Source of the DNA: Myxococcota bacterium
GTDB taxonomy: Bacteria > Myxococcota_A > Polyangia > Polyangiales > Sandaracinaceae
Assembly: GCA_036149055.1 (NCBI GenBank)
Contig: JAYZQJ010000253.1
Location: forward strand, 1 to 64,000
Length of the DNA: 64,000 bases
Reading direction: 5' to 3'
Numbering within the stretch: position 1 is the first letter of the stretch; each line of letters starts with the position of its first letter. Below, in pieces: positions 14,595 through 27,560 of the stretch. The notes below the pieces were generated by a model that did no database searches, had not been told where the DNA came from, and saw only the letters and a list, made by a program, of their open reading frames with translations. Position numbers and translations under genes: made by a program.

Positions 14595-15689
14595 TCAGCC
14601 CGCCATCGCCGGCGCGCGATCCAGGGCGCCCGCGTCGCCCCGCAGCGCCACGATGCGCTCGACGAGCCCCAGGTAGTCGAGCGCGCCGTGGCTGTCCGGC
14701 GCGTACTCGAAGATGGTCTGCTTGGCGCTCGGCGCCTCGCGGAGCTTGGTGTTGACCCGGATGGGCGGGAGGCAGCGCTCGCCGAAGTGGTCGGTGAGGG
14801 CCTCGACCGCCTCGCGGCTGATCTTGTTGCGCACGTCGAAGAAGGTCGGCAGCACGCCGAGCAGCTTCACCTCGTGCTTCAGGAGCTGCCGCACGCTCTT
14901 CAGGGTGCGCAGCACCTGCCGCACGCCGACGAGCGAGAGGTAGTCGCAGCTCACCGGGACCACGACGCTGTCGGCGTAGACGAGCGCGTTCTGGTTCATC
15001 AGCGAGAGCGCCGGCGCGCAGTCGAGCACGACCACGTCGTAGCCGCTCACCCGGTCGCTGAGCCGCTCGCGCATGATGCGGTGGCGGTTCTGACGCTCGG
15101 CCAGGTAGAGCTCGGCCGCCGCGAGCAGCTCGTTGCTCGTGAGCACGTCCAGGTTGTTGCGCACCGGCACCGCCGCCTCGTCGGCCGGCGCGCCGCTCAC
15201 CAGCACGTGGTAGAGGGTCCGCTCGCCGCGGATCCCGAGGGAGGCGCCGACGTTGCCCTGCCCGTCCGCGTCGACGAGCAGCACCCGGTTGCCGCGCTCG
15301 GCGAGCCCGGCGGCGAGGTTGACGGCGGTGGTGGTCTTGCCGGTGCCGCCCTTGTGGTTGAAGACCGCGATCCGACGCGGGCCCTCGCTCGCGCGGCCGC
15401 CCGCCTTGCCCAGGCGGAACACGCCGGCCTTCGCGGCGCCGCGACACTGGGTCGTGCAGAAGTAGCGCGGGTCACCGTCGCCGACCTCGGCCTGGAACGG
15501 GAACTCGAGCTCGAAGTCCTTGCCGCAGACCGAGCACTGCGGCCCCTCCGAGCGCAGCCCGCGCTGGTGACACACCTGAGAGCAGAAGTGGACGAACTGA
15601 CCGGCCTCTTCGCGGACCTGGTAGCGGAACCGGACCTCGAAGGCGCGCGAGCACACGCTGCAAGTCGACTGTACCAAGGCATCCTCCAC
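14595..15689 (-). CDS. ParA/Soj-family ATPase with two N-terminal TRASH/zf-FCS-like Cys repeats
   Basis: Deviant Walker [20 protein letters not shown], Walker B VVLDCAP and two CSVC-x22-C-x3-C units. The start could instead be TTG at 15677, after GGAGG. Confidence 0.9.
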   Translation of the reverse strand: MEDALVQSTCSVCSRAFEVRFRYQVREEAGQFVHFCSQVCHQRGLRSEGPQCSVCGKDFELEFPFQAEVGDGDPRYFCTTQCRGAAKAGVFRLGKAGGRASEGPRRIAVFNHKGGTGKTTTAVNLAAGLAERGNRVLLVDADGQGNVGASLGIRGERTLYHVLVSGAPADEAAVPVRNNLDVLTSNELLAAAELYLAERQNRHRIMRERLSDRVSGYDVVVLDCAPALSLMNQNALVYADSVVVPVSCDYLSLVGVRQVLRTLKSVRQLLKHEVKLLGVLPTFFDVRNKISREAVEALTDHFGERCLPPIRVNTKLREAPSAKQTIFEYAPDSHGALDYLGLVERIVALRGDAGALDRAPAMAG

Positions 15690-15860
15690 GCGCGCCCCGC
15701 CTCGGGCGCACGGCGCAGGTCGACCGTCACGGATCCACCGGGACCCGGCGCGCGTCGACCTCCTCCCTGTCGCGCTTCCATGTTCACTTCATGAAGCGCC
15801 TCACGAAGGGGCATGCCCGAGCGGGATCGGCGGGTCAAAAAAACGGATACTCTCTGCCGC

Positions 15861-16562
15861 ATGGACGACTTCTCGAAGAGGCACGTGGTGATCACCGGCG
15901 GCAGCGGCGCGCTCGGCACGGCGGTGGTCACGGAGCTGCTCGGGCGCGGCGCGACGCTGCACGTTCCGGTCTACTCCCCGAAGGAGCTGGACCACTTCCC
16001 CTACCGCGAGCACGAGCGGGTGAAGGTGCGCGCCGGGCTCGACTTCACCGTCGAGAAGACGGTGGAGCGCTACTACGAGGAGCTGCCCTCGCTCTGGGCC
16101 TCGGTCCACCTCGCCGGCGGCTTCTCGATGAGCCCCGTCGCCGAGACCTCCCTCGACGACTTCCTGAAGCTCATGAACCTCAACGCGGTCACCTGCTTCC
16201 TCTCGTGCCGCGAGGCGGTCAAGAAGATCCGCGCGAGCGACGGCGAGGGGCGGCTGGTGAACGTCACCGCCAAGCCCGCGCTCGTCCCGACCGGCGGCCT
16301 CGCGGCCTACGCCGCGTCGAAGGCGGTGGTCGCGTCGCTGACTCTCTCGCTCTCGGAGGAGCTGGCCGACGAGCGCATCTGGGTCAACGCCATCGCCCCG
16401 TCGACCATCGACACCCCCGCCAACCGCAAGGGCATGCCGAAGGCGGACTTCGCCAAGTGGCCCAAGCCCGCCGAGCTGGCCCAGACCATCGCCCACCTCG
16501 CCTCCCCCGGGAACGCGGTCACCCGAGGCGCCCTCGTCCCGGTGTACGGCCGAGACGCGTGA
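15861..16562 (+). CDS. Short-chain dehydrogenase/reductase
   Basis: Rossmann motif TGGSGALG, catalytic YAASK, VNAIAPSTIDT. Confidence 0.9.
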   Translation: MDDFSKRHVVITGGSGALGTAVVTELLGRGATLHVPVYSPKELDHFPYREHERVKVRAGLDFTVEKTVERYYEELPSLWASVHLAGGFSMSPVAETSLDDFLKLMNLNAVTCFLSCREAVKKIRASDGEGRLVNVTAKPALVPTGGLAAYAASKAVVASLTLSLSEELADERIWVNAIAPSTIDTPANRKGMPKADFAKWPKPAELAQTIAHLASPGNAVTRGALVPVYGRDA

Positions 16563-16565
16563 GGG

Positions 16566-17770
16566 TCAGGGCAAGACCGTGCGGTGGATGACGACGGGGC
16601 CGGCGCCGTCGCCGACGACCATCGTGCCCTCTTCGGTGTGGAAGCGGACCGACGAGACCTCGCCTCGGTAGCGCAGCGGCACGCCGAGGGCGACCGCGTC
16701 GCCGGGGGCGGTGACGTCGAGGACGCGGCGCGAGACGTCGACCCGCGACTCGGCCCAGAAGAAGCCGGTGCCGGTGACGACCTGGTAGGTGCCCGCGTTG
16801 GAGCCGGCGCCGTCGAAGACGACGATGACGCCTCCGGTCTGGAGGAAGGTGGTCATCGAGCGGCCGAGGCCCTGCGAGAGGCGCTGCAGCTCCGCGTCGG
16901 CGGCGTCGGTCTGGGCGTAGATGACCAGCACGTCCGCATCGGCGAGGAGGAGCGGGATCTCTTCCGGGCGCGGCGCGGCGGTGCGCACCCAGCTCCGGCC
17001 GTAGGCGGCGGCGACCTGGTCGATCGCGGCGTCGGTGCCCGCGACCGCCTCGGGGCGCGCGTCGCCTTCGTAGACGAGCACCCGGGCCGGGTTCTGGCGG
17101 GCGAGGAAGACCGCGTTGCCCGCGATCCGGTTCATGCCGTCGCGGCTCTCGCGGTAGTCGTGCCCGACGACCACGAGGTGGCCGGCGAGCGGGCCGCTGC
17201 ACGCGCCGCCGACGCACACGCCGGAGGGGCAGCTCACGCCGCAGCCGCCGCAGTGATCCGGATCGCTCCGGGTGTCGATGCAGCGGTCGTCACAGGTCAT
17301 GCGCGGGAGGCGGCACGCGTCGGTGCACTCGCCCGCGGCGCAGACGTCCCCGGCCGCGCAGGCGATCCCGCAGCCGCCGCAGTTCATCGGGTCGGAGTCC
17401 GGGCGGACGCAGATCTCGCCGCACTCGAGCTCGCCGACGTCGCAGCCCTCGGGCGGGCCGCCGGCGTCTCCGCCGTCTCCGCCGTCGCGCGGGGGGACGT
17501 CGGCGTCCGCGTAGGAGCCGTCGCCGAGCACGCCCGCGTCGCCGCCGTCCGCGTCGCCGTCGCCCCCGTCGAGGGCGAGGCCGACGCACGCGCCGAGCAC
17601 GCAGGACTGCTCCGACGCGCACTGGGCGCCGCACGCCCCGCAGTGCGCGGGATCGTTCTCCAGGTCGACGCAGACGCCGTCGCAGAGCGCGAGGTCGCTT
17701 CGACACGCGGCGCCGACGATCGGGCTCTGACAGCCCGCCGCGAGCGCGATCAGACCGAGCAAGATGACTC

Positions 17771-17774
<4 letters not shown>
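16566..17774 (-). CDS. Cys-rich lipoprotein with Stig1-like repeats
   Basis: GTG overlaps the upstream stop. Lipobox AAG-C, three DPx(H/N)CG(A/G)CG repeats and a non-Cys C-terminal domain. Confidence 0.75.
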
Positions 17775-19222
<1,448 letters not shown>

Positions 19223-19261
19223 CACCCTGGCGTTACGGTCGATCAGGGAGGGTCTTTAGCC

Positions 19262-19639
19262 ATGGCATCTCGCCCCGAGACACCTGAGTCACCGGTGAGG
19301 CCGAGGCGGAAGCTGCGTCTCGCGCTCGCCGGGGTGCTCGCGCTCGGCCTCATCGGGGCCGGCGTCGCCTTCCTGGCGCCCTGGTCACGCCCCTGCGAGG
19401 AGGAGATCGCCACCGCCGAGCGCGCCTGGAACGGCTACGTCGCGCACCTCCGCCCGGGCAACCCGCGCCGGGCCGCCGGCGAGGTCCGGGACGCGATCGC
19501 GGCCGACCCCACCGAGGCGCTGGAGAAGGCCGAGTCGCTCGCCTCCGCGCCGCCTCCCTCCGACCCGCGCGCGGGCCTGCTCTATCGCGAGGCGATGGAG
19601 ACCCTCGTCCTCGCCCAGGGCGCCTGCCGCCACCGCTGA
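19262..19639 (+). CDS. Hypothetical membrane-anchored protein
   Basis: ATG after GGGAGG, one N-terminal hydrophobic helix (LALAGVLALGLIGAGVAFLA) and a helical C-terminus. Confidence 0.6.
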   Translation: MASRPETPESPVRPRRKLRLALAGVLALGLIGAGVAFLAPWSRPCEEEIATAERAWNGYVAHLRPGNPRRAAGEVRDAIAADPTEALEKAESLASAPPPSDPRAGLLYREAMETLVLAQGACRHR

Positions 19640-19920
19640 CGCGGTTGGTCGGGAAGGCTTGGGGGGACGACTGATCTCTCGCAGAGACGCAGAGGCGCAG
19701 AGACCGGGCGTGGCCCCGGGACGGCGCCTCGCCGGCGCGTGCCGGGACGACCGCCGCTCGGGCGCCGCCGCCCGGCGTCGGAATTACTCTCGCAAAGGCG
19801 CGAAGCCGCAAAGATGGAGGTGGGGCGGCGGGGTGGCGGCTGGCCACCGGTCCTGACTCGCCGCTTGGTCCGGCGGGCTTGGGGAACGACTGATCTCTCG
19901 CAGACACGCAGAAGCGCACC
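19640..19920. repeat. Intergenic REP-like direct repeats
   Basis: TTGGTC...GGCTTGGGG..ACGACTGATCTCTCGCAGA(G/C)ACGCAGA(G/A)GCGCA at about 19645 and 19865, with a related CTCTCGCAAAGGCGCGAAGCCGCAAAG at 19787-19813. Confidence 0.8.
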
Positions 19921-21075
19921 CTACAGCCCGGTGGTGTCGGTCTCGAGCCCGAGCAGGACGCGGCCGACCGGCTTGAGCGTCTGCTCGCCGACCATCACGT
20001 GCTGGGTCATCACGTGCACGTCGCGGAAGTGGCGCTGGAAGGGGCTGGTGTCCCAGATCGCCGCGCCTCCGGCGAGGTGGTAGACGGTGTCGACCACCTT
20101 GGCCGACGCCTTGGCGGCGTGGGTCGCCGCGAGGCGGAGGCGGGCCCGGTCGAGGTCGGAGAGCGCGTCGCCGCTCGACGCCGTCTCCCACACCTCGTCG
20201 AGCGTCTCGTGCACCAGGGCGCGGGCCGCGCGCAGCTCGCCCTCGGCGCCGGCGAGGGTGACCTGCACCAGCTCGCCTTCGGCCATCGTCTTCTTGCCGC
20301 CGCGCGAGCGCTTGGTGCGGGCCATCTCCCGCATCGCGTCGAGCGCGGCCCGGGCGATGCCCAGCCCGACCGCGGTCACGCCGGTGCTCAGCAGGCCGAA
20401 CACCGGGAAGCGATAGAGCGCTCCGTCGTGCCTCGGCGCGTCGGCGAGCACGCAGCAGGTCAGCGCCTCGTCGACCCGCAGGTCCTCGACCACGAGGTCG
20501 TGGCTGCCGGTCCCGCGGAGGCCGCTCACCTTCCAGGTGTCGACGACCTTGGAGTCCTCGGCCCGGAAGAAGCAGGAGCGGATCTCCGGGCCGCCCGAGG
20601 GGAGCCGCCGCGGCGCGTCCCCGTCGAAGACCAGGCACCCGCCCATGCGCCAGCCGGCGTTCTCGCAGCCGCTCCCGTAGGCCCAGCGCCCGGTCACCCG
20701 GTAGCCGCCCTCCTCGGGCGTCGCCCGGCCGGTGGGCGCGAACACGCCCGCGAGCGCGGCGCTCGGGCCGTCCTCGAGGATGGTCCGAGCCGCCCCCTCC
20801 TCCAGGTAGGCGAGCAGCAGCCCGGTGGTCGAGCCGGTCATCACCACCCACGCCGCCGCCGCGTCGCCCCGGGCGAGCTCCTCGAGCGCGGACGCGAAGA
20901 CCCGCGGGTGCACCTCGCCGCCGCCGAGCTTGGCCGGGGCGAGCATCCGGTAGAAGCCGTGGCTCCCGAGCTCGTCGCTGATCGCCGCCGGCACCCGCCG
21001 GGCCGCCTCGATCTCCGCGCTGCGCTCCGCCAGCGCCGGGGCCAACCCCCGCGCGCGCTCCACCAGGTCCGTCAT
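19921..21075 (-). CDS. Acyl-CoA dehydrogenase-fold flavin-dependent hydroxylase (HsaA-like family)
   Basis: Motifs PAKLGGGE, GRWAYGSGC, DTWKVSGLRGTGSHD, QRHFRDVHVMTQH. Overlaps the upstream SDR stop. Confidence 0.85.
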   Translation of the reverse strand: MTDLVERARGLAPALAERSAEIEAARRVPAAISDELGSHGFYRMLAPAKLGGGEVHPRVFASALEELARGDAAAAWVVMTGSTTGLLLAYLEEGAARTILEDGPSAALAGVFAPTGRATPEEGGYRVTGRWAYGSGCENAGWRMGGCLVFDGDAPRRLPSGGPEIRSCFFRAEDSKVVDTWKVSGLRGTGSHDLVVEDLRVDEALTCCVLADAPRHDGALYRFPVFGLLSTGVTAVGLGIARAALDAMREMARTKRSRGGKKTMAEGELVQVTLAGAEGELRAARALVHETLDEVWETASSGDALSDLDRARLRLAATHAAKASAKVVDTVYHLAGGAAIWDTSPFQRHFRDVHVMTQHVMVGEQTLKPVGRVLLGLETDTTGL

Positions 21076-21887
21076 GCTCGCTCCTTCTGCTCGCGGGCCA
21101 GCGCCCTCAGCGAAGGCGGCCGCGTCCCGTCCACGTCGTCGAAACCGTACTCCTCGGCCAGCTCCGCGACGATGAGGCGCCGCCCGGTCTTCCGGAGCAC
21201 GTCCGGATCGGACGAGAGCGCGGCCACCGCGCGCCCGGTGAATTCGGCCGACTCGCTCACCTCGGTCGAGAACGGGAGCTCGTCCTGGCTCATGACCCAC
21301 TCGGTCCGCACGATCCCTGGCCAGAGGCTCACGCTCGTGACCCCGTGGGGCGCGAGGTCGTGGGCCATGTCCGCCGCCAGGCGATCCACGCCCGCCTTGC
21401 CGACCCCGTAGGCGACGTTGAGCTGAAAGCCGGCCCCGGCGAACGACGAGACGTTCGCGATGAGCCCGCGCTTCGCGGCCACCATCATCGGGGCGGCGAA
21501 GACGCTCGCGACGTAGTGGGACCGGAGCCCGACCTCGTGCATCTGATCCCAGATGCCGATCGGCTGCTCCCAGAACGGGAGCCCCCACATGCGCTCCTTC
21601 GGGATCGCGAAGACGTTGTTGACCAGCACGTCGAGCCGGCCGGCCTCCTCCTTCACCCGGGCGAAGAGCGCCTCGACCTGCGCGTCGTCCGTGTGGTCCA
21701 CCGGGACCGGGACCCCTTCGCCGCCGCGGCGGTCGATCTCGGCGGCGACGGTGTCGATCGACAGCCCCTCGCCGCGGGTCCGACCGGTGACGTAGACCCT
21801 CATGCCCGCGTCCCCGAGGGCGAGCGCGACGCCTCTTCCGACGCCGCGGCTCGCCCCGGTGACGACCGCGATCTCTCGTTCGCTCAT
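21072..21887 (-). CDS. Short-chain dehydrogenase/reductase (DHRS1-like)
   Basis: Motifs VTGASRGVG, LDVLVNN, YGVGK, SLWPGIVRTE. Confidence 0.9.
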   Translation of the reverse strand: MSEREIAVVTGASRGVGRGVALALGDAGMRVYVTGRTRGEGLSIDTVAAEIDRRGGEGVPVPVDHTDDAQVEALFARVKEEAGRLDVLVNNVFAIPKERMWGLPFWEQPIGIWDQMHEVGLRSHYVASVFAAPMMVAAKRGLIANVSSFAGAGFQLNVAYGVGKAGVDRLAADMAHDLAPHGVTSVSLWPGIVRTEWVMSQDELPFSTEVSESAEFTGRAVAALSSDPDVLRKTGRRLIVAELAEEYGFDDVDGTRPPSLRALAREQKERA

Positions 21888-21915
21888 CCGCGCGTCTTAC
21901 CACGCGGAGCGGGGC

Positions 21916-22467
21916 TCACGGGTCGACGCCGCCGGTCTCGCAGGGCCCGAAGGTGAAGCTCGCCTGATCACGACCCCCCTCGGGGTCGGTGACGGTGACC
22001 ATGCTCGGGTACGGCGCCGCGTTGGGGCAGGTGAGGGTCGAGGTCGCGGCGTCGATGCTGCCGGTGCAGCCGGTCGCGCTCCCGGTGAACGTGAGCATGC
22101 CGGCCGGCGTGTCCGGGTCGGTGACGCTCACGGTGATGCGGAAGCCGGACGGGACGCCGGTGGAGCAGCTCCCCATCGGCATCCACTCGACCCGATCGAT
22201 GACCGGCGCGACCGGCTCGGGGACGCCGGTGTCGGCCACCCCGGTGTCCATGTCGGGCACCCCGGTGTCCGCCGGCGGGAGGCCGGAGTCCAGGTCGGGC
22301 ACCCCGGTGTCCATGTCGGCGACCCCGGTGTCCATGTCCGGCGCGCCGGTGTCGGCGGGCGGGCTGACGCCCGAGTCGTCGACGTCGTCCGCGTCGTCGC
22401 AGCCGAAGAGCGCGCTGCACAGCACGAGCAGCGCCGCCAGGACGCGGCGCGTCCAGATCAAGTCCAT
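21916..22467 (-). CDS. Lipoprotein with D(T/S)G repeat stalk and small Ig-like C-terminal domain
   Basis: Lipobox LFG-C, tandem (DM)DTGV(A/P) repeats and a beta-rich C-terminus (ITVSVTDPD, VTVTDPEG). Confidence 0.75.
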   Translation of the reverse strand: MDLIWTRRVLAALLVLCSALFGCDDADDVDDSGVSPPADTGAPDMDTGVADMDTGVPDLDSGLPPADTGVPDMDTGVADTGVPEPVAPVIDRVEWMPMGSCSTGVPSGFRITVSVTDPDTPAGMLTFTGSATGCTGSIDAATSTLTCPNAAPYPSMVTVTDPEGGRDQASFTFGPCETGGVDP

Positions 22468-22570
22468 GCTCCCCCCTGACCGGCGCGGTCGTGTCGCGCC
22501 GATTCGGCAGGTACGCCCCGGTGTCAGGCGGGCACCGCTCCGCTCCCGCGGTCCCTCGTAAAGGGGTCGC

Positions 22571-22984
22571 TCAACGCGCCGCACACTCCCCCGGCACGTC
22601 TCCGAACGGGCGCACCCGCACCCGGTCGCGCAGGATGGCCGCGCCGTCGTCCACCTCGAGCTCGAGCTGAACGTCGCGGTCGACGAAGCACTCGGGCGAC
22701 GAGAGCACGAAGGGGATGCCGACCCGGGGCGCCCCCTCCCCGAGCCGCAGGTCCTGACGCGGCCGCCCGGCCTCGACCGGCGCGGCGATCAGCGTGATCG
22801 CGCGGGCCCGACCGGCCCGCACCGAGAGCCACAGGTGGAAGCCGCCCTGCGCGCCGGGCACCATCGGGAGAGGCTGCCCCTCCGCCAGCGGCTCGAACGC
22901 GTCGAGCCCCGTGCCCAGCTCGGCCGACGGGACCTCGGCCGCGCAGCCGAGCGCGAGGATCGCGAGCGTCGAGGCGAGGCGCAC
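22571..22984 (-). CDS. Hypothetical lipoprotein
   Basis: GTG start, lipobox ALG-C, motif GAQGGFHLWLSVR. Confidence 0.6.
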   Translation of the reverse strand: MRLASTLAILALGCAAEVPSAELGTGLDAFEPLAEGQPLPMVPGAQGGFHLWLSVRAGRARAITLIAAPVEAGRPRQDLRLGEGAPRVGIPFVLSSPECFVDRDVQLELEVDDGAAILRDRVRVRPFGDVPGECAAR

Positions 22985-23109
22985 CCCGCTCAGGTACGCA
23001 CGCGCGCACCCGCCGGCCGCTCCGTTTCCGGAGGGGGCATGCGCCCCCTCCCGCCCGACCGGCAAAGCCGGCTCGGGCGGTCGCCCCATCTCACGCGCTC
23101 ACGCGCGTG

Positions 23110-23136
23110 GAAGCTGCGGCAATATTTGCCGCAGCT

Positions 23137-23138
<2 letters not shown>
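23110..23138 (-). terminator. Perfect 13-bp stem-loop at the parE stop (probable intrinsic terminator, no U-tract)
   Basis: GAAGCTGCGGCAA-TAT-TTGCCGCAGCTTC overlapping the parE stop codon. Confidence 0.7.
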
Positions 23139-25053
<1,915 letters not shown>

Positions 25054-25057
25054 CGGC

Positions 25058-27457
25058 TCACTCCCCTCCGCTCAGCTCGGGCACGATCGGCTCGTGCGGG
25101 ACCTGCCGCTCCAGCGTGCCGCGCTTGAAGAGCTGCTGGCCCTTGCCGCCGCGCTGCACGACGGTGCGCCACACCGTGATCTCGAACTGCTTGCCCTTGG
25201 CGTTCTCGACGATCAGCGGCTCGGTCGAGTCGCTCATCACCGCCGCGCCGACGACCTCGTCGCCCTTGGCGAGCTTGATGAGCTTCACGCCCTTGCCCGG
25301 CCCGTTGAGCACCGGGACCTCGTCGTCGGTGGTCAGGAGCGCGTGCCCCTTCTTGGTGGCGCAGGCCACCTTCATCGTGTCGTCGGAGAGGTCGACCATC
25401 AGGATCTCGTCGCCCTTGTTCAGGCGCATGTACTTCCGCCCGTTGCGGGTGCTCGGATCCCGATGCGCGCGCAGCGAGAAGCGCGAGGTCATGCCGCCGC
25501 GGCTGACCGCGATCGCGTACGGCGGATCCGGCTCGAGCGAGTCCGGGTTCAGCTCCGGCACGTCGAGCAAGCGCGGGTCGAAGCCGATCATCTTCACGAT
25601 GCGCTCGCCGTCGGAGAGCTTGAAGAGCTTCTGGATCGGGTCGCCGTAGCCGGTGGTCGCCGGGATGTCGACGATGCGGCAGACGTAGCAGCTCCCGAGG
25701 CTGCTGAAGAAGGCGACCGACGAGCGGGTCGAGCCCGCGGTCACGTCCATGACCGCGTCGCCCTCGCGGGTCCGGGTCGAGGAGACGTCGGTCACCCTGC
25801 CCTGCCGCTTCACCCAGCCCTGGTGCGTGATGAGCACCACCTGGTCCTCGTCGACGATGAACGCCTCGGCGTCGTACTCGGGCTCGTCGACCGAGCCGCT
25901 CACCTTGGTCTGGCGGCGGTCACCGAAGTCGTTCTTCAGCTCGAGCAGCTCCGCGCGGATGAGCTTCCAGCGCGCGCCGCGGTCGCTGAGGAGCTTCTCG
26001 ATGCGCTCGGCCTCGGCGCGCTTCTCCTCGAGCTCCTCGCGGATGATCAGGATCTCGAGCTTCGCGAGCTTGTAGAGGCGGAGCTCCAGGATGGCGCTCG
26101 TCTGGATCTCGCTGAGCTCGAACCGCTTCATCAGCTTGTTCGCCGCGTCCGCGCGCCCGTCGCTCCGCCGGATGATCCGGATGGTCTCGTCGAGCGCGTC
26201 GAAGACGGTGATGAAGCCCTCGAGGATGTGGATCCGCTCGAGCAGCTTGCGGAGCTCGAACTCGAGCCGCCGCGTGACGACGTCCATGCGGAAGTCGAGG
26301 AAGACCTGCAGCATCTCCTTGAGGCCGAGCTTCGCCGGCGCGGCGACCTCCGGCTGCTCGGTCGGGACGAGGCAGGTGAAGTTGACGGTGACGTTCGTCT
26401 GCAGCGGGGTGTGCTTGTAGAGGTACGCCATCACCAGCTGCGGGTCGGCGCCCTTCTTGATCTCGAGCACGACCCGCGTCTCCTCGGTGCTCTCGTCGCG
26501 CACGTCGAGGAGGTGGGGCAGCTTCTTGCCCACGATGATCTCGGCGATCTTCTCGACCACCGTGCTGCGGACCACCGAGTAGGGGATCGACGTGATGACG
26601 ATGCGCGGGTTCTCGCGCTTCTTCTTCGACGTCTCCTCCTTCCACTCGCCGCGCAGCTTCAGCGAGCCGCTGCCGCCCTCGTAGACCTTGCGGAGCTCGA
26701 CCTTGGAGCTGACCACCTGGCCGCCGGTCGGGAAGTCCGGGCCGCGGATGTGCTTCATCAGCTGCACGATGCCGAGGCTGTCGTCGTCGATGAGCGCCAC
26801 CAGCGCGTCGATCACCTCGCCGAGGTTGTGCGGCGGGATCGACGTCGCCATGCCGACCGCGATGCCCTGGCTGCCGTTCACGAGCAGGTTCGGGAAGCGC
26901 GCCGGCAGCACGATCGGCTCGGAGAGCTGCCCGTCGTAGGTCGGCCGGAACGGGACGGTCTGCTGCCCGATCTCGCGGAGCAGCTCCTCGCTCATCGGCG
27001 CGAGCTTGCACTCGGTGTAACGCATCGCGGCGGGCGAGTCGCCGTCGGGGGAGCCGAAGTTGCCCCGGCCGTCGACGAGGCGCGCCCGCATGGTGAAGTC
27101 CTGCGCCATCCGGGCGAGCGCGTCGTAGATCGCGCTGTCGCCGTGCGGGTGGTACTTGCCCATCACCTCGCCGACGACGCGGGCGCTCTTCATGTAGCGG
27201 CCCTCGGGGCGCAGATGCAGGTCCTTCTGCATCGTGTAGAGGATGCGCCTCTGGACCGGCTTGAGGCCGTCGCGCGCGTCGGGGAGCGCGCGGCTGGTGA
27301 TGACGCTGAGTGCGTAGTTCAGATACCGCTTGCGGGTCTCTTCCGCGAGCGAGGCGTCCACGAAGCTCATGGGCGGCGGCTCTCCGTTTTCGGTCAGGTT
27401 CAGCAGGGCGTACAGGTCGAGCTGATTCTCGGCAGCAGCTGCGCGTCGTCGCCCCAA
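25058..27457 (-). CDS. parC: DNA topoisomerase IV subunit A (GyrA/ParC family)
   Basis: Motifs [23 protein letters not shown], catalytic [15 protein letters not shown]. No GyrA-box at the start of the CTD. TTG start at 27457 follows a purine-rich RBS; alternative ATG at 27370. Confidence 0.88.
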   Translation of the reverse strand: MGRRRAAAAENQLDLYALLNLTENGEPPPMSFVDASLAEETRKRYLNYALSVITSRALPDARDGLKPVQRRILYTMQKDLHLRPEGRYMKSARVVGEVMGKYHPHGDSAIYDALARMAQDFTMRARLVDGRGNFGSPDGDSPAAMRYTECKLAPMSEELLREIGQQTVPFRPTYDGQLSEPIVLPARFPNLLVNGSQGIAVGMATSIPPHNLGEVIDALVALIDDDSLGIVQLMKHIRGPDFPTGGQVVSSKVELRKVYEGGSGSLKLRGEWKEETSKKKRENPRIVITSIPYSVVRSTVVEKIAEIIVGKKLPHLLDVRDESTEETRVVLEIKKGADPQLVMAYLYKHTPLQTNVTVNFTCLVPTEQPEVAAPAKLGLKEMLQVFLDFRMDVVTRRLEFELRKLLERIHILEGFITVFDALDETIRIIRRSDGRADAANKLMKRFELSEIQTSAILELRLYKLAKLEILIIREELEEKRAEAERIEKLLSDRGARWKLIRAELLELKNDFGDRRQTKVSGSVDEPEYDAEAFIVDEDQVVLITHQGWVKRQGRVTDVSSTRTREGDAVMDVTAGSTRSSVAFFSSLGSCYVCRIVDIPATTGYGDPIQKLFKLSDGERIVKMIGFDPRLLDVPELNPDSLEPDPPYAIAVSRGGMTSRFSLRAHRDPSTRNGRKYMRLNKGDEILMVDLSDDTMKVACATKKGHALLTTDDEVPVLNGPGKGVKLIKLAKGDEVVGAAVMSDSTEPLIVENAKGKQFEITVWRTVVQRGGKGQQLFKRGTLERQVPHEPIVPELSGGE

Positions 27458-27560
27458 GTCCCCTACTCCCAGCGCGCCGGACTGGATCGGTGTTCAGCCC
27501 GGCGATCTGACCGCTATTAGCAGGGCTACGCCCTGACGCGCAAGAAAACGGCGAGGCCCG

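Noticed and set aside
27391..27535. Imperfect long hairpin (CGGTCAG...CTGACCG) and smaller stems near the parC start as an ncRNA such as 6S
   Set aside because: It overlaps the probable parC N-terminal coding extension, such pairing is easy in high-GC DNA, and I recognise no family motif. An Rfam/Infernal scan would be needed.
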